The notes under the pieces were generated by a model. The model was not told the DNA's origin. It saw only the letters and a program-made list of their open reading frames with translations, and ran no database searches. DNA of 64,000 nucleotides from an uncultured Pelagibacteraceae bacterium (lineage in GTDB: Bacteria; Pseudomonadota; Alphaproteobacteria; Pelagibacterales; Pelagibacteraceae): assembly GCA_902604035.1 (NCBI GenBank), contig CACKXG010000002.1, positions 2,281 to 66,280 of the forward strand, in the 5' to 3' direction. The translations under genes were made by a program, and so were the position numbers. Below are positions 63,039 to 64,000 of this stretch, in pieces; the stretch's first letter is position 1; every line of letters starts with the position of its first letter.

Positions 63039-63105
63039 AATAATTGAATAATTACTTTATATATATTGAATTTTCAATACAATCGCTTAATACACAATGT
63101 CATAC

Positions 63106-63197
63106 GGAAGAGTGGGTGAGAGGCTGAAACCAGTCGTTTGCTAAATGACCGTGCGAGGAAACTTGTACCGAGGGTTCGAATCCCTCCTCTTCCGCCA
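63106..63197 (+). tRNA. tRNA-Ser(GCT)
   Basis: Cloverleaf with long variable arm, loop TTGCTAA, ends CCA. Confidence 0.95.
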
Positions 63198-64000
63198 CTA
63201 AAATAGAGGCTGATCTATAAAAAAGTTTTTCATGGTCACAGGACGTTGTTCCAAAATATATCTATAGACATTATAATTTTCCATTACACGCTGAACGTAA
63301 TTTCTTGTTTCTCTAAATTTTATTAATTCAACCCAATCAACATAATCAACTTGTTTTTTTTGTGGATCTTTATTTATTTTTTTCCAATATTTAACTCTGT
63401 TAGGTCCAGCATTATAAGCAGCCACTGCAAAAGGGTAAGCACCATCATATTGTAGAATTAAACCTGCAATATAATGTGAACCTAAATTAATATTATATTC
63501 TGGATCAGTGGTTAATCTTGATTTTGAATAAGGAAGTTTAGCTTGTTTTGAAACTAATTTTGCAGTGTATGGCATTAATTGCATTAATCCTTTTGCACCA
63601 GCATGACTATTAGCTTCCAAATCAAATTCACTTTCTTGTCTAATTATAGATAAGATCAAAGCACTTTCTGGAATTTTTCTTTTATTAATATATTTAGGAG
63701 TACTAATTATTGGATAATTGTATTTATTATGAAATCTTTTTTGATAAGAAGCAATTTTTGAAACCTGAATAGCAAAATCATATCTGTTTATACTTGTAGC
63801 TAATTCTGCAGCCAAAACCTCACTACCTTTAGCTATATTGTCGTTAGCTAAATGCCTTAAAATATGTTTTGTATATTTGTCTTTCTTTAATTCATCTAGA
63901 AGATAAGAAATTTTTACAAGCTCTTTATTAAAAAATTGAATTCTATATTTTGGATCAATTTCCATATCTTTTTCTAATTCAAATTTTCCATTTGGATTTA
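63198..64000 (-). CDS. Soluble lytic murein transglycosylase (Slt70-like), C-terminal part; the gene starts beyond the window
   Basis: IRQES, GLMQLMP, AYNAG and ETRNYV motifs. Confidence 0.92.
   Translation of the reverse strand, partial: NPNGKFELEKDMEIDPKYRIQFFNKELVKISYLLDELKKDKYTKHILRHLANDNIAKGSEVLAAELATSINRYDFAIQVSKIASYQKRFHNKYNYPIISTPKYINKRKIPESALILSIIRQESEFDLEANSHAGAKGLMQLMPYTAKLVSKQAKLPYSKSRLTTDPEYNINLGSHYIAGLILQYDGAYPFAVAAYNAGPNRVKYWKKINKDPQKKQVDYVDWVELIKFRETRNYVQRVMENYNVYRYILEQRPVTMKNFFIDQPLF

Overview
This AT-rich, tightly packed alphaproteobacterial chromosome segment is most consistent with SAR11/Ca. Pelagibacter, judged from gene order, near-zero intergenic space and frequent TAATG stop/start overlaps. 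Positions 1-8099 are the right-hand end of an integrated T7-like (Autographiviridae, HTVC019P-type pelagiphage-like) prophage. It carries small and large terminase, the joined genome ends, an early region (ArdA antirestriction gene, an insulated 294-aa orphan, a ribbon-helix-helix protein, a MarR-like protein), a tyrosine integrase, and attR formed by the 3' half of tRNA-Leu(TAA). The rest is host core genome: nadK, tRNA-Thr, rlmB, tRNA-Tyr/Gly-tuf-tRNA-Trp, secE-nusG-rplKAJL-rpoBC, the str/S10/spc/alpha ribosomal clusters, rluC, lipB, mgtE, panC, galU, ugd, topA, plsY, pyrBC', ruvX, gatCAB, an O-methyltransferase-trhO pair, MATE, a thermonuclease, soxBDAG, tRNA-Ser and a partial lytic transglycosylase. 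Most interesting observations: (1) a candidate lysogeny control circuit with no CI-type repressor visible in this window, in which one operator-like motif (ACYAGCGTAGC) occupies two identically built TTGACT-N18-TATAA promoters, one for the early genes and one for marR-int; (2) an SD-led 31-codon ORF that crosses attR and stops exactly at the start codon of the host nadK gene, which integration appears to have cut off from its tRNA promoter; (3) ArdA in the T7 ocr slot, together with apparently complete GATC avoidance in the phage DNA; (4) a host TrmR-like methyltransferase translationally coupled to trhO, suggesting a mo5U34 tRNA pathway. All motif counts are manual reads and no database searches were run.
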